Source: Bdellovibrionia bacterium (GTDB lineage: Bacteria > Bdellovibrionota > UBA1018). Taken from it: 64,000 nucleotides of DNA. The notes under the pieces were generated by a model. That model did no database searches. It saw only the letters and a list, made by a program, of their open reading frames with translations, and was not told the origin of the DNA. Positions 27,504-37,770 of the stretch are shown here, piece by piece. The position numbers and the translations under genes were made by a program. How positions within the stretch are numbered: the first letter of the stretch is position 1; the number at the start of each line of letters is the position of its first letter. Location of the stretch: NCBI GenBank assembly GCA_049424145.1, contig JBMSSC010000001.1, positions 32,267-96,266 of the forward strand, in the 5' to 3' direction.

Positions 27504-28902
27504 AAAAGAAGAAACCTGGCTTCATTTTGTAGGAATCGGTGGCATTGGCATGAGTGGGATTGCCGAGGTGTTCTTAAACCAGGGATATCAAGTCAGCGGA
27601 TCTGATTGGAGTGAGTCAGAAACCACCAAGCGCCTAGCCCAGTTAGGTGCGCGGGTCTTTCAAGGCCACAGTAAGGACCACGTGGGTTCAGCCAACGTGG
27701 TGGTCATTTCTTCAGCCGTGAAGCCGGATAATCCAGAGGTGGTGGAGGCCAAGGCCAGGCGGATTCCTATTATTCCTCGAGCAGAAATGTTGGGTGAGTT
27801 GATGAGAGGTAAGGTGGGTATTGCCGTGGCGGGAAGTCATGGAAAAACCACCACCACCTCTCTTTTATCCACCGTCTTAACCTCAGCTGGGCTTGATCCG
27901 ACGCTTGTGATTGGCGGCAAAGTGGACTCCTTGGGGGGCAATGCCAAGCTGGGTCGAGGGGAAATTGTGGTGGCTGAAGCCGATGAGAGCGATGGTTCGT
28001 TCCTGCATCTGCCTGCGACCATCGGAATTATTACTAATATTGACAACGATCATTTGGATCACTTTGGGAGCCTCAGTGCTGTAGAAGACGCGTTTGTCGA
28101 GCTGGTCAGTCAGCTGCCTTTTTATGGTCTGGCTGTGATTTGTGGAGATGATCCAGGAGTCAAGCGCTGCATGAGTCGGTGGAGTAAGCCGTATCAAACC
28201 TATGGACTCTCTGAGGAGTGTGATCTGTTTGCGCGCAAGATTGAGTACCAGGGGTTAGGCTCCACGTTTGAAGTGGTGAGGAAAGAACCGAGCGGGGCCC
28301 ACCAATGCCTCGGTCAGTTCCAGCTCAAGGTGCCCGGGCAGCACAATGTTCTTAACGCTCTGGCTTGCATTTTAGTGGCCCTAAAGCTTGAGGTGGAGAT
28401 CCCTAAAATTGCTCAGGGTTTAGCTGAGTTTCAAGGAGTGAAGCGCCGATTCGACATTCGTTACTCCGATGAGCTGCGGCATCGGGCGATTGTGGATGAT
28501 TACGCTCACCATCCCACTGAGCTGATGGCTACTTTAGAGGCGGCTCGGCGATTTTGGAAAGGACGAATCATCAGTGTGTTTCAGCCGCATCGTTACAGTC
28601 GAACACTTCACTGTCATGATGGGTTTTTGTCCTCCTTCGTTCGATCGGATGTGGTGATTTTAACGGATATCTACCCCGCAGGGGAGGAGCCCATTCCTGG
28701 AGTGAGTGCTCAGGGCTTGGCCGAGGAGATTCAACGCTTGGCTCGGGCGGATCAAGTTGTGCTCTATGGGGGGGATTTAAAGAACACAGAAACCCTATTA
28801 AGTGGGCTTTTTAAGGATGGGGATTTAATCCTGTGTTTAGGGGCTGGATCCATAACGAAGCTTCCCGATCAGCTGACAGCCTTGCGGATGAAATCCGGAT
28901 GA
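27496..28902 (+). CDS. murC: UDP-MurNAc:L-Ala ligase
   Basis: HFVGIGGIGMSG, AGSHGKTTT, EADESDGSF, DDYAHHP and FQPHRYSR motifs. Confidence 0.97.
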   Translation: MFRKEETWLHFVGIGGIGMSGIAEVFLNQGYQVSGSDWSESETTKRLAQLGARVFQGHSKDHVGSANVVVISSAVKPDNPEVVEAKARRIPIIPRAEMLGELMRGKVGIAVAGSHGKTTTTSLLSTVLTSAGLDPTLVIGGKVDSLGGNAKLGRGEIVVAEADESDGSFLHLPATIGIITNIDNDHLDHFGSLSAVEDAFVELVSQLPFYGLAVICGDDPGVKRCMSRWSKPYQTYGLSEECDLFARKIEYQGLGSTFEVVRKEPSGAHQCLGQFQLKVPGQHNVLNALACILVALKLEVEIPKIAQGLAEFQGVKRRFDIRYSDELRHRAIVDDYAHHPTELMATLEAARRFWKGRIISVFQPHRYSRTLHCHDGFLSSFVRSDVVILTDIYPAGEEPIPGVSAQGLAEEIQRLARADQVVLYGGDLKNTETLLSGLFKDGDLILCLGAGSITKLPDQLTALRMKSG

Positions 28903-29849
28903 CTTCGTGGGATGAGAGTCGCTTTTGGAAAAATCCGGAGGGTTTTCGGGGAGAGCTCAGGTGGAATGAGCCGCTGTCCAAGCACACGTATTATCGGATT
29001 GGTGGACCGGCTCGGCTACTTGCTATACCGACTTCAGTTTCTGATCTGCAGTGGCTTGCTCAAGGGATTGAAAACTCAGGGGTTCGCTTTTTAGTCTTGG
29101 GTTTGGGCTCCAACGTTTTAGCCAGTGACGAGGGGTTTGCAGGGCTCGTTATTCGGTTGCATCGACTGAATTTAAAAATTGAACCTCAATTCCAAAAAGA
29201 CGACCCAGGCCTCGGTGCAACCGAGATTCTAACAGGAGCAAGTGTGGCCAATTCCACGCTTTTAAGGCGAGCCGCTCAAGAGGGCTGGGGTGGGCTTGAG
29301 TTTCTCTCGGGGGTACCGGGTTCCGTAGGTGGTGCTGTGGTGATGAATGCAGGCACGCATCTGGGTGAGGCTCAAAGTCGGATTCGCAAGGTAGTGGCCT
29401 ACCGTTTAGGGGAGTTTCAATCGGAGCCTGAGGTTTATGTGGGCGATCAGCTTCGCTTTGAGTATCGCTCGCATCGGTTTCTTCCGGTAGACTCCGTGGT
29501 GTACTCCGTGGTTTGGGAAGTGCAGAGGGATGAGCCAGCGCTCGTGCAGCAGCGGATCGATGAGATGCTTCGCAGACGAAAAAGCACTCAGCCCGTGGAC
29601 TACCCCTCCTGCGGAAGTGTCTTTAAAAACCCAAAAGAATCTGGACTCTCGGCTTGGCAAGTGGTGGATCGTTTGGGTTTAAGAGGCCATCAAATTGGAC
29701 AGGCTCAGTTTTCTCCCAAGCACAGCAATTTTATTATTAATCTCGGAGGTGCTCAAGCCAAAGATGTCCGAGCTCTCATTGAATTGGCCAAGATGCGGGC
29801 TCAGACGGAGCTTGGCATTACGCTTCAACAAGAAGTGATCTATATCTAG
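28899..29849 (+). CDS. murB: UDP-N-acetylenolpyruvoylglucosamine reductase
   Basis: RIGGPA, GLGSNVL, PGSVGGAVVMNAG and SCGSVFKNP motifs; ATGA overlap with murC. Confidence 0.96.
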   Translation: MTSWDESRFWKNPEGFRGELRWNEPLSKHTYYRIGGPARLLAIPTSVSDLQWLAQGIENSGVRFLVLGLGSNVLASDEGFAGLVIRLHRLNLKIEPQFQKDDPGLGATEILTGASVANSTLLRRAAQEGWGGLEFLSGVPGSVGGAVVMNAGTHLGEAQSRIRKVVAYRLGEFQSEPEVYVGDQLRFEYRSHRFLPVDSVVYSVVWEVQRDEPALVQQRIDEMLRRRKSTQPVDYPSCGSVFKNPKESGLSAWQVVDRLGLRGHQIGQAQFSPKHSNFIINLGGAQAKDVRALIELAKMRAQTELGITLQQEVIYI

Positions 29850-29853
29850 CTTT

Positions 29854-31245
29854 TTATTCTTTTGAGAATAAAACCTCTTTCACCTCTTTGGGTTGTACGC
29901 CTGAGGCTTGAATCAAAGCGGCTCTGAGTTTTTTTGAGGTAGCAAGCACTGAGATGGCAAGTTGATCGGGTTTTAAGAAGTGGTTCAGCGCCTGATTGAC
30001 CTGAGGGAGAGTGAGCTTCCTGAGTTCAGAGGCAAACGACTGCATGAAGCCTGTTGGAAGCTTGAGAGTTTTCTCCAAGATCTTATTTTCAACCCGCTTT
30101 TTAGGCGTGTTGTAGGTGAATCCCGAGCTCTGGATGAGGCTTTGCTGGGCAAACTCAAACTGCTGGGGCGTGAGTCCATGCTCTTTCAGCTGGGAAATGA
30201 GCTGAAGGGAGTGTTTGAGGGCTGCTGCTGCATCCGCTTGGGCAGGGTACAGGTGCACGATCCATGAGCGGGGTTCTGTTCCGTGTCGAAATTGGCTGGA
30301 AACCCCATAGCTCCAGCCGCGCTTCACTCGAATCTCCTCCATTAAAGTGGAGGAAAAGGAGGGTCCGCCAAAGGCATGATTGCCCAAGTAAAGGCTGAAG
30401 AAATCAGGATCCGTCATCTTCACTCCAATTTGTCCGATGTGGATCTGGGTTTGAGTGCGATCCGGTTTATCGATGATTAAAAGTCGTCTTGTTTGTGCGT
30501 TCTCAGGGCGCCCCAGGGGAGTGGTGAGTCCTAAAGATGCTGTTGTGTTTGGGGTTTGAGGGGTAGGCGTACTGAGGAGTTTTTGCAGACTCTCGCCTAG
30601 GGTTTTTGCCCAAGCTTGGATGGGTTCCACAGGAGAGTCGCCTGAGCCGAGAATGAAAAGAGAGTCCTCTTTTAAAAGGGCCCGGTGATGAGCGAGCACT
30701 TGCTCTCTTGTCATGGATTCAATGTCTGGGGTTCTTCCCAAAACGGAGCGGCCGTAGGGGTGGTCTTGAAAGAGGAATTGAGTGAAGCTTCGTGTGGCCA
30801 AGCTGGAGTCGTGGCCTTTTTCCTCTTGGATTCCCGCGATGATTTCAGCCTTGAGTTTATCGATCTCCAGTTGTGGGAAAGAGGGCTCCGTCAGGAGTTC
30901 GCGTAGAAGGCTTAAGAAAGGGTTCAGTTGACTCGAGAGGACAGCTCCCCTGAAAATCAATGCCTCAGCTCGGGTCTCCACCTCAAGCTTGGCTCCCCAT
31001 TGATCTAAAGCTTGATCGATTTGTGCTTTATTCTTCGAGCGTGTGCCCCGAAGGAGCATCTCCCCCATGAAGTTGGTGAGACCCATTTGCCCCTGGGGGT
31101 CTTTCACCGATCCATGGTTGAGCACCACATTGAGGTAGACTAGAGGTAAATTTGAATTCTTCTCAAAGTCGACTTCAAGAGCGTGGCCTAAAGTGGCGCT
31201 CAGGAAACAGAGATATCCCAGTAGTGTCAGCACCCAGGGTTTCAT
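29854..31245 (-). CDS. M16B peptidase, non-catalytic subunit (exported)
   Basis: M16 fold with degenerate HxxEH (TNFMGEM) and an RGWSYG motif; signal peptide. Confidence 0.85.
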   Translation of the reverse strand: MKPWVLTLLGYLCFLSATLGHALEVDFEKNSNLPLVYLNVVLNHGSVKDPQGQMGLTNFMGEMLLRGTRSKNKAQIDQALDQWGAKLEVETRAEALIFRGAVLSSQLNPFLSLLRELLTEPSFPQLEIDKLKAEIIAGIQEEKGHDSSLATRSFTQFLFQDHPYGRSVLGRTPDIESMTREQVLAHHRALLKEDSLFILGSGDSPVEPIQAWAKTLGESLQKLLSTPTPQTPNTTASLGLTTPLGRPENAQTRRLLIIDKPDRTQTQIHIGQIGVKMTDPDFFSLYLGNHAFGGPSFSSTLMEEIRVKRGWSYGVSSQFRHGTEPRSWIVHLYPAQADAAAALKHSLQLISQLKEHGLTPQQFEFAQQSLIQSSGFTYNTPKKRVENKILEKTLKLPTGFMQSFASELRKLTLPQVNQALNHFLKPDQLAISVLATSKKLRAALIQASGVQPKEVKEVLFSKE

Positions 31246-32672
31246 GTTCGAGATCCTTTCTTTTTGAGACGATTCTCAAGCTTTGGGGTCCCAACGATCA
31301 CGGTGCGTTCGCGGGGCTGAAAGTAGCGTTGAGCAACGCGCTGAATATCACGAGGTTTGAGTGCGTCGACGGCTTTTTGCAGCTGAAGCCCCGCCTGAAA
31401 ATCTCCGTGAAGCGTTTCATGGTGTCCTAAGAACATGGCTTTTGAGAAGTTCGAGCTCAATCCCTCGTAGAAGCTAAAGTTGAACTTGTTCTTAGCCTTT
31501 TGCAGTTCCTGGGTTGAGATGAGCGAGGTTTGAAGAACCGACAACTCATTTAAAATCACCTTCTCCGCCTGCTCAGCTCGTTTTCCTTGTTGCAGGGTGG
31601 CAGAAATCACGAATAACGATGGGTCTTTATTTCCATAGTTTCCACAATCCACAGCGCTTGCGATGCCTGTCTCCACAAGGGCTTGATTCAGGCGGCTGCT
31701 CTTACTGCCTGCTAAGAGGTTTTGTAAGACCTCCAGAGCGGCAGTGTCCGGGCTTTGGGCTTGAGGCGAGTGGTAGCCCATTAAGATTTTCTCAAGCTCG
31801 ATGTTGAGCTTGAGTTCCTTTTTTCTAAAAGCCATCTGAGGAGGTTCTTTAGGAACAAAGTGCGGAAGATCCACCTCCGCATCCACAGATCCGTAATACT
31901 TCTGAGCAAGTTTGAGCACGTCCTGGGTGTTCACGTCTCCTACGACCACTACGGTGGCATGGGCTGGACTATAGAACCTCCGGTAAAACGCCATCGCATC
32001 GGCTGGACGCATTGCGTTTAAGTCCTTCTCATAGCCGATCACAGGCCAGTGATAGGGGTGTCGTTTAAAAGCTAGATCAAAAAGACTTTCCTCAAGTGTT
32101 CCATCCTGACTATTTTCAGTTCTCAGTCGACGCTCGTTTTGAACGACCTCTCGCTCGGTTTTAAATCCCTTTTCGTCAATCACAAGCTGGGTCATTCGAT
32201 CGGACTCAAGCTTCATGACGAGCTCAAGTTGATCTTTGGGGAGTTCCTGCACGTAGGCCGTGTAGTCATGAGAAGTAAACGCATTTTCTCCTAAAACCCC
32301 TGCCTTTTCTAAAAGACGATCAAATTCGCCTGCCTTGTAATTCTTAGTTCCTTTGAACATCATGTGTTCAAAGAAATGGGCGAGGCCCGTCTTCCCCACT
32401 TGTTCGTCTTTTGAGCCCACCTTGAACCAGGTTTGATAAGCAAAAGTGGGAGATGCGTGATCTTCCAGAACTAGGATCTTCAGTCCATTGGCCAGATGGA
32501 ACGTGGTCACTTTAAAATCCCCAACCAAAGGTTTCACTCCGGCCTCAGTTGAAACTGATTTTTCCTCTACAGCCTTTAAAGGAAGCTCAGCCGCTTCAGA
32601 AAGGGAGAAGAAAAATGTGCAGCAAAGCAGTTGCAGGAAGCCTAGCCAGGTTGCGCGATCGTTTTTATTCAT
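31242..32672 (-). CDS. M16B zinc peptidase, catalytic subunit (exported)
   Basis: GLAHFFEHMMFKG and NAFTS motifs; signal peptide; probable start ATG 32672. Confidence 0.9.
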   Translation of the reverse strand: MNKNDRATWLGFLQLLCCTFFFSLSEAAELPLKAVEEKSVSTEAGVKPLVGDFKVTTFHLANGLKILVLEDHASPTFAYQTWFKVGSKDEQVGKTGLAHFFEHMMFKGTKNYKAGEFDRLLEKAGVLGENAFTSHDYTAYVQELPKDQLELVMKLESDRMTQLVIDEKGFKTEREVVQNERRLRTENSQDGTLEESLFDLAFKRHPYHWPVIGYEKDLNAMRPADAMAFYRRFYSPAHATVVVVGDVNTQDVLKLAQKYYGSVDAEVDLPHFVPKEPPQMAFRKKELKLNIELEKILMGYHSPQAQSPDTAALEVLQNLLAGSKSSRLNQALVETGIASAVDCGNYGNKDPSLFVISATLQQGKRAEQAEKVILNELSVLQTSLISTQELQKAKNKFNFSFYEGLSSNFSKAMFLGHHETLHGDFQAGLQLQKAVDALKPRDIQRVAQRYFQPRERTVIVGTPKLENRLKKKGSRT

Positions 32673-32765
32673 GATGGCCTTTTTGCACCTCTTTTGGGTC
32701 CGTTCTCTGATCTCCCTAAGATATGCTCTCGCACATCTTTTGTCCAACAGGTAGAATCAAGACCT

Positions 32766-33593
32766 ATGGTTCACTTCCATTGTAAAAAACTCATGCGTGC
32801 AGGTCTAGTGGGAAGTCTGATTCTCATGGGGCTGAGTCTGAGAGCAATTTTTCATCTCTCGATTTTTACGATTCATGCGATTGAGGTCAGAGGGATTCCT
32901 CAGGGTGCAGAGGTTTCAACTGCCTTTGTGTCTGAATCTGACCTCATTGAGCTTTCAGCCGTTCCTCTTCACGAAGTTTCTCTGTTTCAAATTGGAGTAG
33001 TCGAGTTGGAGCGTCGTCTTCAGTCGCATCCATGGGTCTCTCAAGTGAAAGTCATTCGAGGTTTTCCTCATCGCCTCATCTTGGATGTCCGTCTGAGAAA
33101 GCCCGTTGCTGTCTTCTCAGACGGTGGGCATGATTTAAGGTACATGGATGAGAGTGGAGCAACTTTTGGTCCCATACCGCTCGCTCAGCTCAAACCGTAT
33201 CCTGTTTTGATGGGGTGCCTCAAAGATCCTGAAGTGGTTGCAAAAGCGCTGTTATTGATGAAGCAATGGGAGATGGCTTCGATTGGGAAACGGGCTGAGC
33301 TCACTTCCATAGATTATGATCGAGATCGAGGCTTCCGAGCAACCATGAGTTATGGCGCCTTGAAAAGTAAAATGCTGAATACAAAAAAACAAATGAGTCC
33401 CTTGCTTCCTGTAAGTGGAAGCCGTTATCGAACTCTAGTTGATTTTGGTCAAGAAATTGACGGAAAATTACTCTCACGTCTAGAGCAGCTTTCATCGGTT
33501 GTTCAATATTTATCCGACTATTCTTTACCCGTTCGTCAAATATGGGTGGATGGAGATAAAAAGATTGTTGTCAAATCAGTTCCTCGTTCTTAG
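32766..33593 (+). CDS. ftsQ: Cell division protein FtsQ/DivIB
   Basis: TM segment plus POTRA signature (LQSHPWVSQVKVIRGFPHRLILDV.LRKPVA); lies before ftsZ. Confidence 0.8.
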   Translation: MVHFHCKKLMRAGLVGSLILMGLSLRAIFHLSIFTIHAIEVRGIPQGAEVSTAFVSESDLIELSAVPLHEVSLFQIGVVELERRLQSHPWVSQVKVIRGFPHRLILDVRLRKPVAVFSDGGHDLRYMDESGATFGPIPLAQLKPYPVLMGCLKDPEVVAKALLLMKQWEMASIGKRAELTSIDYDRDRGFRATMSYGALKSKMLNTKKQMSPLLPVSGSRYRTLVDFGQEIDGKLLSRLEQLSSVVQYLSDYSLPVRQIWVDGDKKIVVKSVPRS

Positions 33594-33697
33594 AATTTAA
33601 GAGAGAGGAAATTTTTGCCTATCAATCCTGTGTAAACGAAGAAATCCTGCCGGGGAAGTGGTTTTGAAAATTCTAATACAGAAGGGTAATTTAAAAT

Positions 33698-35086
33698 ATG
33701 TTTGATATCAATCAGTTGGTTGCTCAAGGCGCAAAAATAAAAGTAGTTGGGGTCGGGGGGAGTGGTTGCAACGCAGTGAATACCATGATTCGCACGGGGC
33801 TTGAGGGCGTTGAATTTATAACGGCGAACACCGATCGGCAGGCGTTGGATGCTTCTTTGGCTCCTGTGAAACTTGCGATCGGCCAAGAGTTGACCAAAGG
33901 GCTTGGAGCCGGAGCGAATCCCGAAGTGGGACGAAATGCTGCTTTAGAAGATTACGCAAAAATCTCAGACCTCCTCTCGGGCTCAGACATGGTTTTCATC
34001 ACTGCCGGTATGGGCGGTGGCACGGGAACAGGAGCCGCACCTGTATTTGCAAAAATTGCAAAAGAAGTGGGTGCTTTAACGGTGGGTGTGGTGACTAAAC
34101 CGTTTCTTTTTGAAGGTCGTAAGAGAATGAAGCACGCTGAGCAGGGGATGAACTGCTTAAGAGAGAGTGTGGACTCGCTCATTACAATTCCAAACCAGAG
34201 ACTTCTTGCGATTTCAGGCGCTACGTTGTCGATGGTGGATGCATTTAAAAAAGCTGATGAAGTTTTACTCAATGCAGTGCAGGGGATTTCTGATTTGATC
34301 AATCACACCGGTCTGATCAACAGTGACTTTGCCGACGTTAAGACGATTATGCAGAATAAGGGCCTTGCCCTTATGGGGATCGGTTACGGGGATGGAGAGC
34401 ACCGCGCGGTGGAGGCTGCGACCAACGCTATTTCCAGCCCTCTGCTTGAGGATGTCTCCATTGATGGCGCAACAGGGATCATCATTAATATTACGGGTGG
34501 AGAGACTCTGAAGATTCATGAAGTCAATGAGGCGACTACGCTGATTATGGAAGCGGCTCATGAGGATGCAGAAATCATCTTTGGTACGGTGATTGATGAA
34601 GCGTTTAAAGACCGTGTGAAAGTCACGGTGATTGCAACAGGGTTGGGCAATAGCATTCGAGCCGCGCAGCAGCCTGAAAGAGTGAAGGAAAAAACGAGCT
34701 CCTCTGTTTTTGTTCCGCCTCAATATGCCGTGAATTCAGAGGCCTCTGCGAATTCCTCAGCTCAAGTGATGCCGCCTGCGCCTCCTGCGGCATTGAACTC
34801 CTCTCCCACAGGAGCTTCAGTTGTCGCGGAGTCTCAGCCAGGGGTATCTTTCAGTGCAGCCTCAGCGGATCCTTTGCTTCAAGCGGGCTCCGCTCATGCT
34901 CATGAGCCTCAGGGTCTTTCAGCCATCCCGCCGGTTCCTCCGACCTTGAATCCAGGCGTGGGCGCTGAGACAGGAGAATTGGCTCGGGCTCGTTTGATTG
35001 CGCAAAAACTGGGAATCACCAACCTAACGGATGATCAGTATGTTCCGCCTGCGTATCTCAGAAGAGCTCAGGAGCCAGAAATTTAG
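33698..35086 (+). CDS. ftsZ: Cell division protein FtsZ
   Basis: GVGGSGCNA and GGGTGTG motifs; long Ala/Pro/Ser linker; C-terminal VPPAYLRR. Confidence 0.98.
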   Translation: MFDINQLVAQGAKIKVVGVGGSGCNAVNTMIRTGLEGVEFITANTDRQALDASLAPVKLAIGQELTKGLGAGANPEVGRNAALEDYAKISDLLSGSDMVFITAGMGGGTGTGAAPVFAKIAKEVGALTVGVVTKPFLFEGRKRMKHAEQGMNCLRESVDSLITIPNQRLLAISGATLSMVDAFKKADEVLLNAVQGISDLINHTGLINSDFADVKTIMQNKGLALMGIGYGDGEHRAVEAATNAISSPLLEDVSIDGATGIIINITGGETLKIHEVNEATTLIMEAAHEDAEIIFGTVIDEAFKDRVKVTVIATGLGNSIRAAQQPERVKEKTSSSVFVPPQYAVNSEASANSSAQVMPPAPPAALNSSPTGASVVAESQPGVSFSAASADPLLQAGSAHAHEPQGLSAIPPVPPTLNPGVGAETGELARARLIAQKLGITNLTDDQYVPPAYLRRAQEPEI

Positions 35087-35145
35087 CTCACAAACCAAGC
35101 CCTGAGCGGGAAGGTTCAGGTGCTTAGCAGTCAAATGAATGGGTG

Positions 35146-35182
35146 AAATAGCCTCTTTTGAAAAAAAGGGGCTATTTTTTTT
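35146..35182 (+). terminator. Intrinsic terminator after ftsZ
   Basis: AAATAGCCTCTTTT...AAAAGGGGCTATTT hairpin followed by a T-run. Confidence 0.7.
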
Positions 35183-35368
35183 CCTTCCCTCCGGTTCTCC
35201 TGTTTTTCCTAGAAAATACCCGAGGTTTCGATCGATCGTGTGAGTGAGTGTTGTCGCTGACATTCTCGCGTCAGGGGGGCTTTTCACCTACAAGGCCTAG
35301 GATCCAAAAAGTCACCCGCGAATCGTCCGATGCTTTTCTCGATCCCATTTTTAGGGTAACGTACGGAA

Positions 35369-36811
35369 ATGTTGACGACTCACTCATCCCATAAAACAAC
35401 TTGGGGCCTGATTTGGCTCAGTATCCTGCTGTTTTGGGGAGTCTCTTGGGAAGCTGAATTTGGAATGGACGCCATGACTTATGCGGGGTTGGCTCGACGG
35501 ATCCTCATTCATCAAGACTGGAAAACTCTCCATTATTCTTCGCAGGGGTATGAGAATTTCTATCAACATCCGCCTCTGGTGATGTGGCTTCTTGCGGGGG
35601 TGTTTAAAATCACGGGTGTCGCCAACGAGTGGACCGCGAAGATTCTTCCGTATCTTTTTTCCCTGGGGACTCTTCTGATGACCATTTTTTGGGGCTCTCA
35701 GGCGGCTCAGAGTTCATGGGGAGGTTTTCTTTCGGGCTTGATTCTTTTAACTTCGACCCGTTTTATCAAGTATGCGCCGAGCCCGCTTTTAGATGGTTTT
35801 TTGGCCTTCTGGCTGATTCTGGGGGGATGGCTCTTGCTTCAATCCTTCAATCCCAAAAGTAAGCCTTGGATTTGGGGTCCTCTGCAGGGAGTTTGTCTGG
35901 CTGGAGGGTTCTTAACCAAAGGGATGCCGACGCTGCTGCTGTTTTTTGGACTGATGGCAAGCTGGATCACTCAGGGAGTGGTGAAGCGATCGAGGAAGGT
36001 CAATTTAGGTTTTTTTTTAGCGCTCACTGTCTTGGGTTGGATTCTATCCCTTTGGCTTTATGTGGGAGACGGACTGAATTATTTGGAGCATTATTGGATT
36101 GAGTCGGTCCAAGGGCGCCTGGGAGGGCACTCAGGATGGTTGGATTGGCTTGCTCCTATGCGTAATTTGTTTAAGGGGTACTGGCCCTGGAACTTGGTTT
36201 ATTTTTATTCGATCTATGTGATTTGTGTGAAACAGACCAGGGCTAGAAACGTCCTGTTTGAGCAAAAAATCACATCTTGGATTCCCCTTCTCGCATCTCT
36301 TGGGGTTTTAGGGGGCTTTTCGCTTTCGGGTCATTTCTTAGAACACTACTTAGTTCCCTTTTATCCCTTTGCCGCGATCGCCAGTGCCGTCTCCATTGCT
36401 CAGGTGACTGAACAGTGGAGGGAGGGAGTTACAAGGGTTTTTTTTATTCTTCTGATTTTTGTTACCCTCCTTCTGGCCACCTTTCCTATTCATACACAAG
36501 GGGTGGATTATCAAGATCCTCAGCGTAGGTTGCTGAAACGAGCGGCGAGCTCCTGTCATGGAGGGATTCGTCGGATTTATCTCTCTGCCGATGAGACGTC
36601 GTTTTGGTGGGGCTTGGCGATGGGAACTTGGTATACGCCATGGGATACGCGGGTTTTGAATCCGTCTGAGATCCCAGTAGATGAAAGGTCCGCACTTTTA
36701 TTGAGCCGAAGACGAAATGACCTAGCAGGCAGCTGGGTGATGACCTCGTTGATTGAGGGGGATTTCAGGGTGTACCAGCGTCCAAATTCCCAAGCCTGTC
36801 CTGAGCTTTAA
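35369..36811 (+). CDS. ArnT/PMT_2-like GT-C glycosyltransferase
   Basis: D-x3-Y (MDAMTYA), FYQHPPL and FLTKG motifs; polytopic. Confidence 0.8.
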   Translation: MLTTHSSHKTTWGLIWLSILLFWGVSWEAEFGMDAMTYAGLARRILIHQDWKTLHYSSQGYENFYQHPPLVMWLLAGVFKITGVANEWTAKILPYLFSLGTLLMTIFWGSQAAQSSWGGFLSGLILLTSTRFIKYAPSPLLDGFLAFWLILGGWLLLQSFNPKSKPWIWGPLQGVCLAGGFLTKGMPTLLLFFGLMASWITQGVVKRSRKVNLGFFLALTVLGWILSLWLYVGDGLNYLEHYWIESVQGRLGGHSGWLDWLAPMRNLFKGYWPWNLVYFYSIYVICVKQTRARNVLFEQKITSWIPLLASLGVLGGFSLSGHFLEHYLVPFYPFAAIASAVSIAQVTEQWREGVTRVFFILLIFVTLLLATFPIHTQGVDYQDPQRRLLKRAASSCHGGIRRIYLSADETSFWWGLAMGTWYTPWDTRVLNPSEIPVDERSALLLSRRRNDLAGSWVMTSLIEGDFRVYQRPNSQACPEL

Positions 36812-36896
36812 AAAAACAAGTTCAGGCGTGCTTTTAAACAGGTGCGGTACCCGATTCCGCCTGACTGAGAGCGAACTTTGATGTTACTTTTTAAAG

Positions 36897-37376
36897 ATGA
36901 CATCTCCATCGCTTGAGTTTAAGCCTGTGAACTGGGAGAAAGACTTGGATCATGCAGTGCGCTTTCGAGAAGATTCATTCATTTGCAGCTTCGGTGATGC
37001 AAAGCGATTTAATCCAAGTGATTATGTGGATGCCTTGATGAGAATGATTAAAGAGGATCCGGAATCTGCGGTACACATTTGGCTTTCCGAGCAGCTCGTC
37101 GGTCAAATGGAGCTAGGGCAGTTTAAGCTGGATCCGAGTGCCGGCTACATTGACCTTTGCTACCTGATCCCTGAAATGCGAGGAAAGGGCTATTCTAATT
37201 CATTGGACGCGTACGCTATGTCTTTTTTGGGGCGGAGGGGTTTTAAAAAAGCCTATCTATCGGTGAGTCCGAGCAACAAAAGAGCGATGAGCTATTACGG
37301 TCGCATGGGCTGGACTTCCTGCGGAGTGAGACCGGACAGCCCTGAAGTCATCCTCATGATAAAGTCAATACCATGA
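36897..37376 (+). CDS. GNAT acetyltransferase
   Basis: YLIPEMRGKG and N-x2-A-x2-YY-x2-MGW motifs. Confidence 0.85.
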   Translation: MTSPSLEFKPVNWEKDLDHAVRFREDSFICSFGDAKRFNPSDYVDALMRMIKEDPESAVHIWLSEQLVGQMELGQFKLDPSAGYIDLCYLIPEMRGKGYSNSLDAYAMSFLGRRGFKKAYLSVSPSNKRAMSYYGRMGWTSCGVRPDSPEVILMIKSIP

Positions 37377-37770
37377 GGGTTTGTGAGATTTTGGATTTCG
37401 CCCCTTTCTTTTAGGTTTTGATGAAGCGAGTCCTGGATCGTGGATCGTGAGCAACGTGTCTTGGGTTAAATGAAATTAGAAAAATAAATACAAGAACTTA
37501 GCTTGTGCTGGTTCTGAATCGGCTTAGGCTTCACTTGAAGTGAGGGGTCGAAAAATCCTGTTTCTCTGAAAAGAGAGGGTGTTGAAGGGAGCTCGCAGTT
37601 TAGACTCTTTTATCCCGAAATCAAGAGGGGCGCAAAAAAATAAATTCCTGCGTCAAATTTGCAAATTATCAGTAAATAAATAAAACTAGGGGGTGGGCTG
37701 AATTGAGCGCGAACTGAGTTTTGCCTGAGTTAAGAAAGATGGAAGGCTAAATCAAAAGGGGAAGTGAATC

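Noticed and set aside
37540..37640. c-di-GMP-I riboswitch before the subtilisin genes
   Set aside because: A GAAA-capped stem and a GGCGCAAA are present, but not in the required order and spacing, and the 5' GGCAAA is missing.
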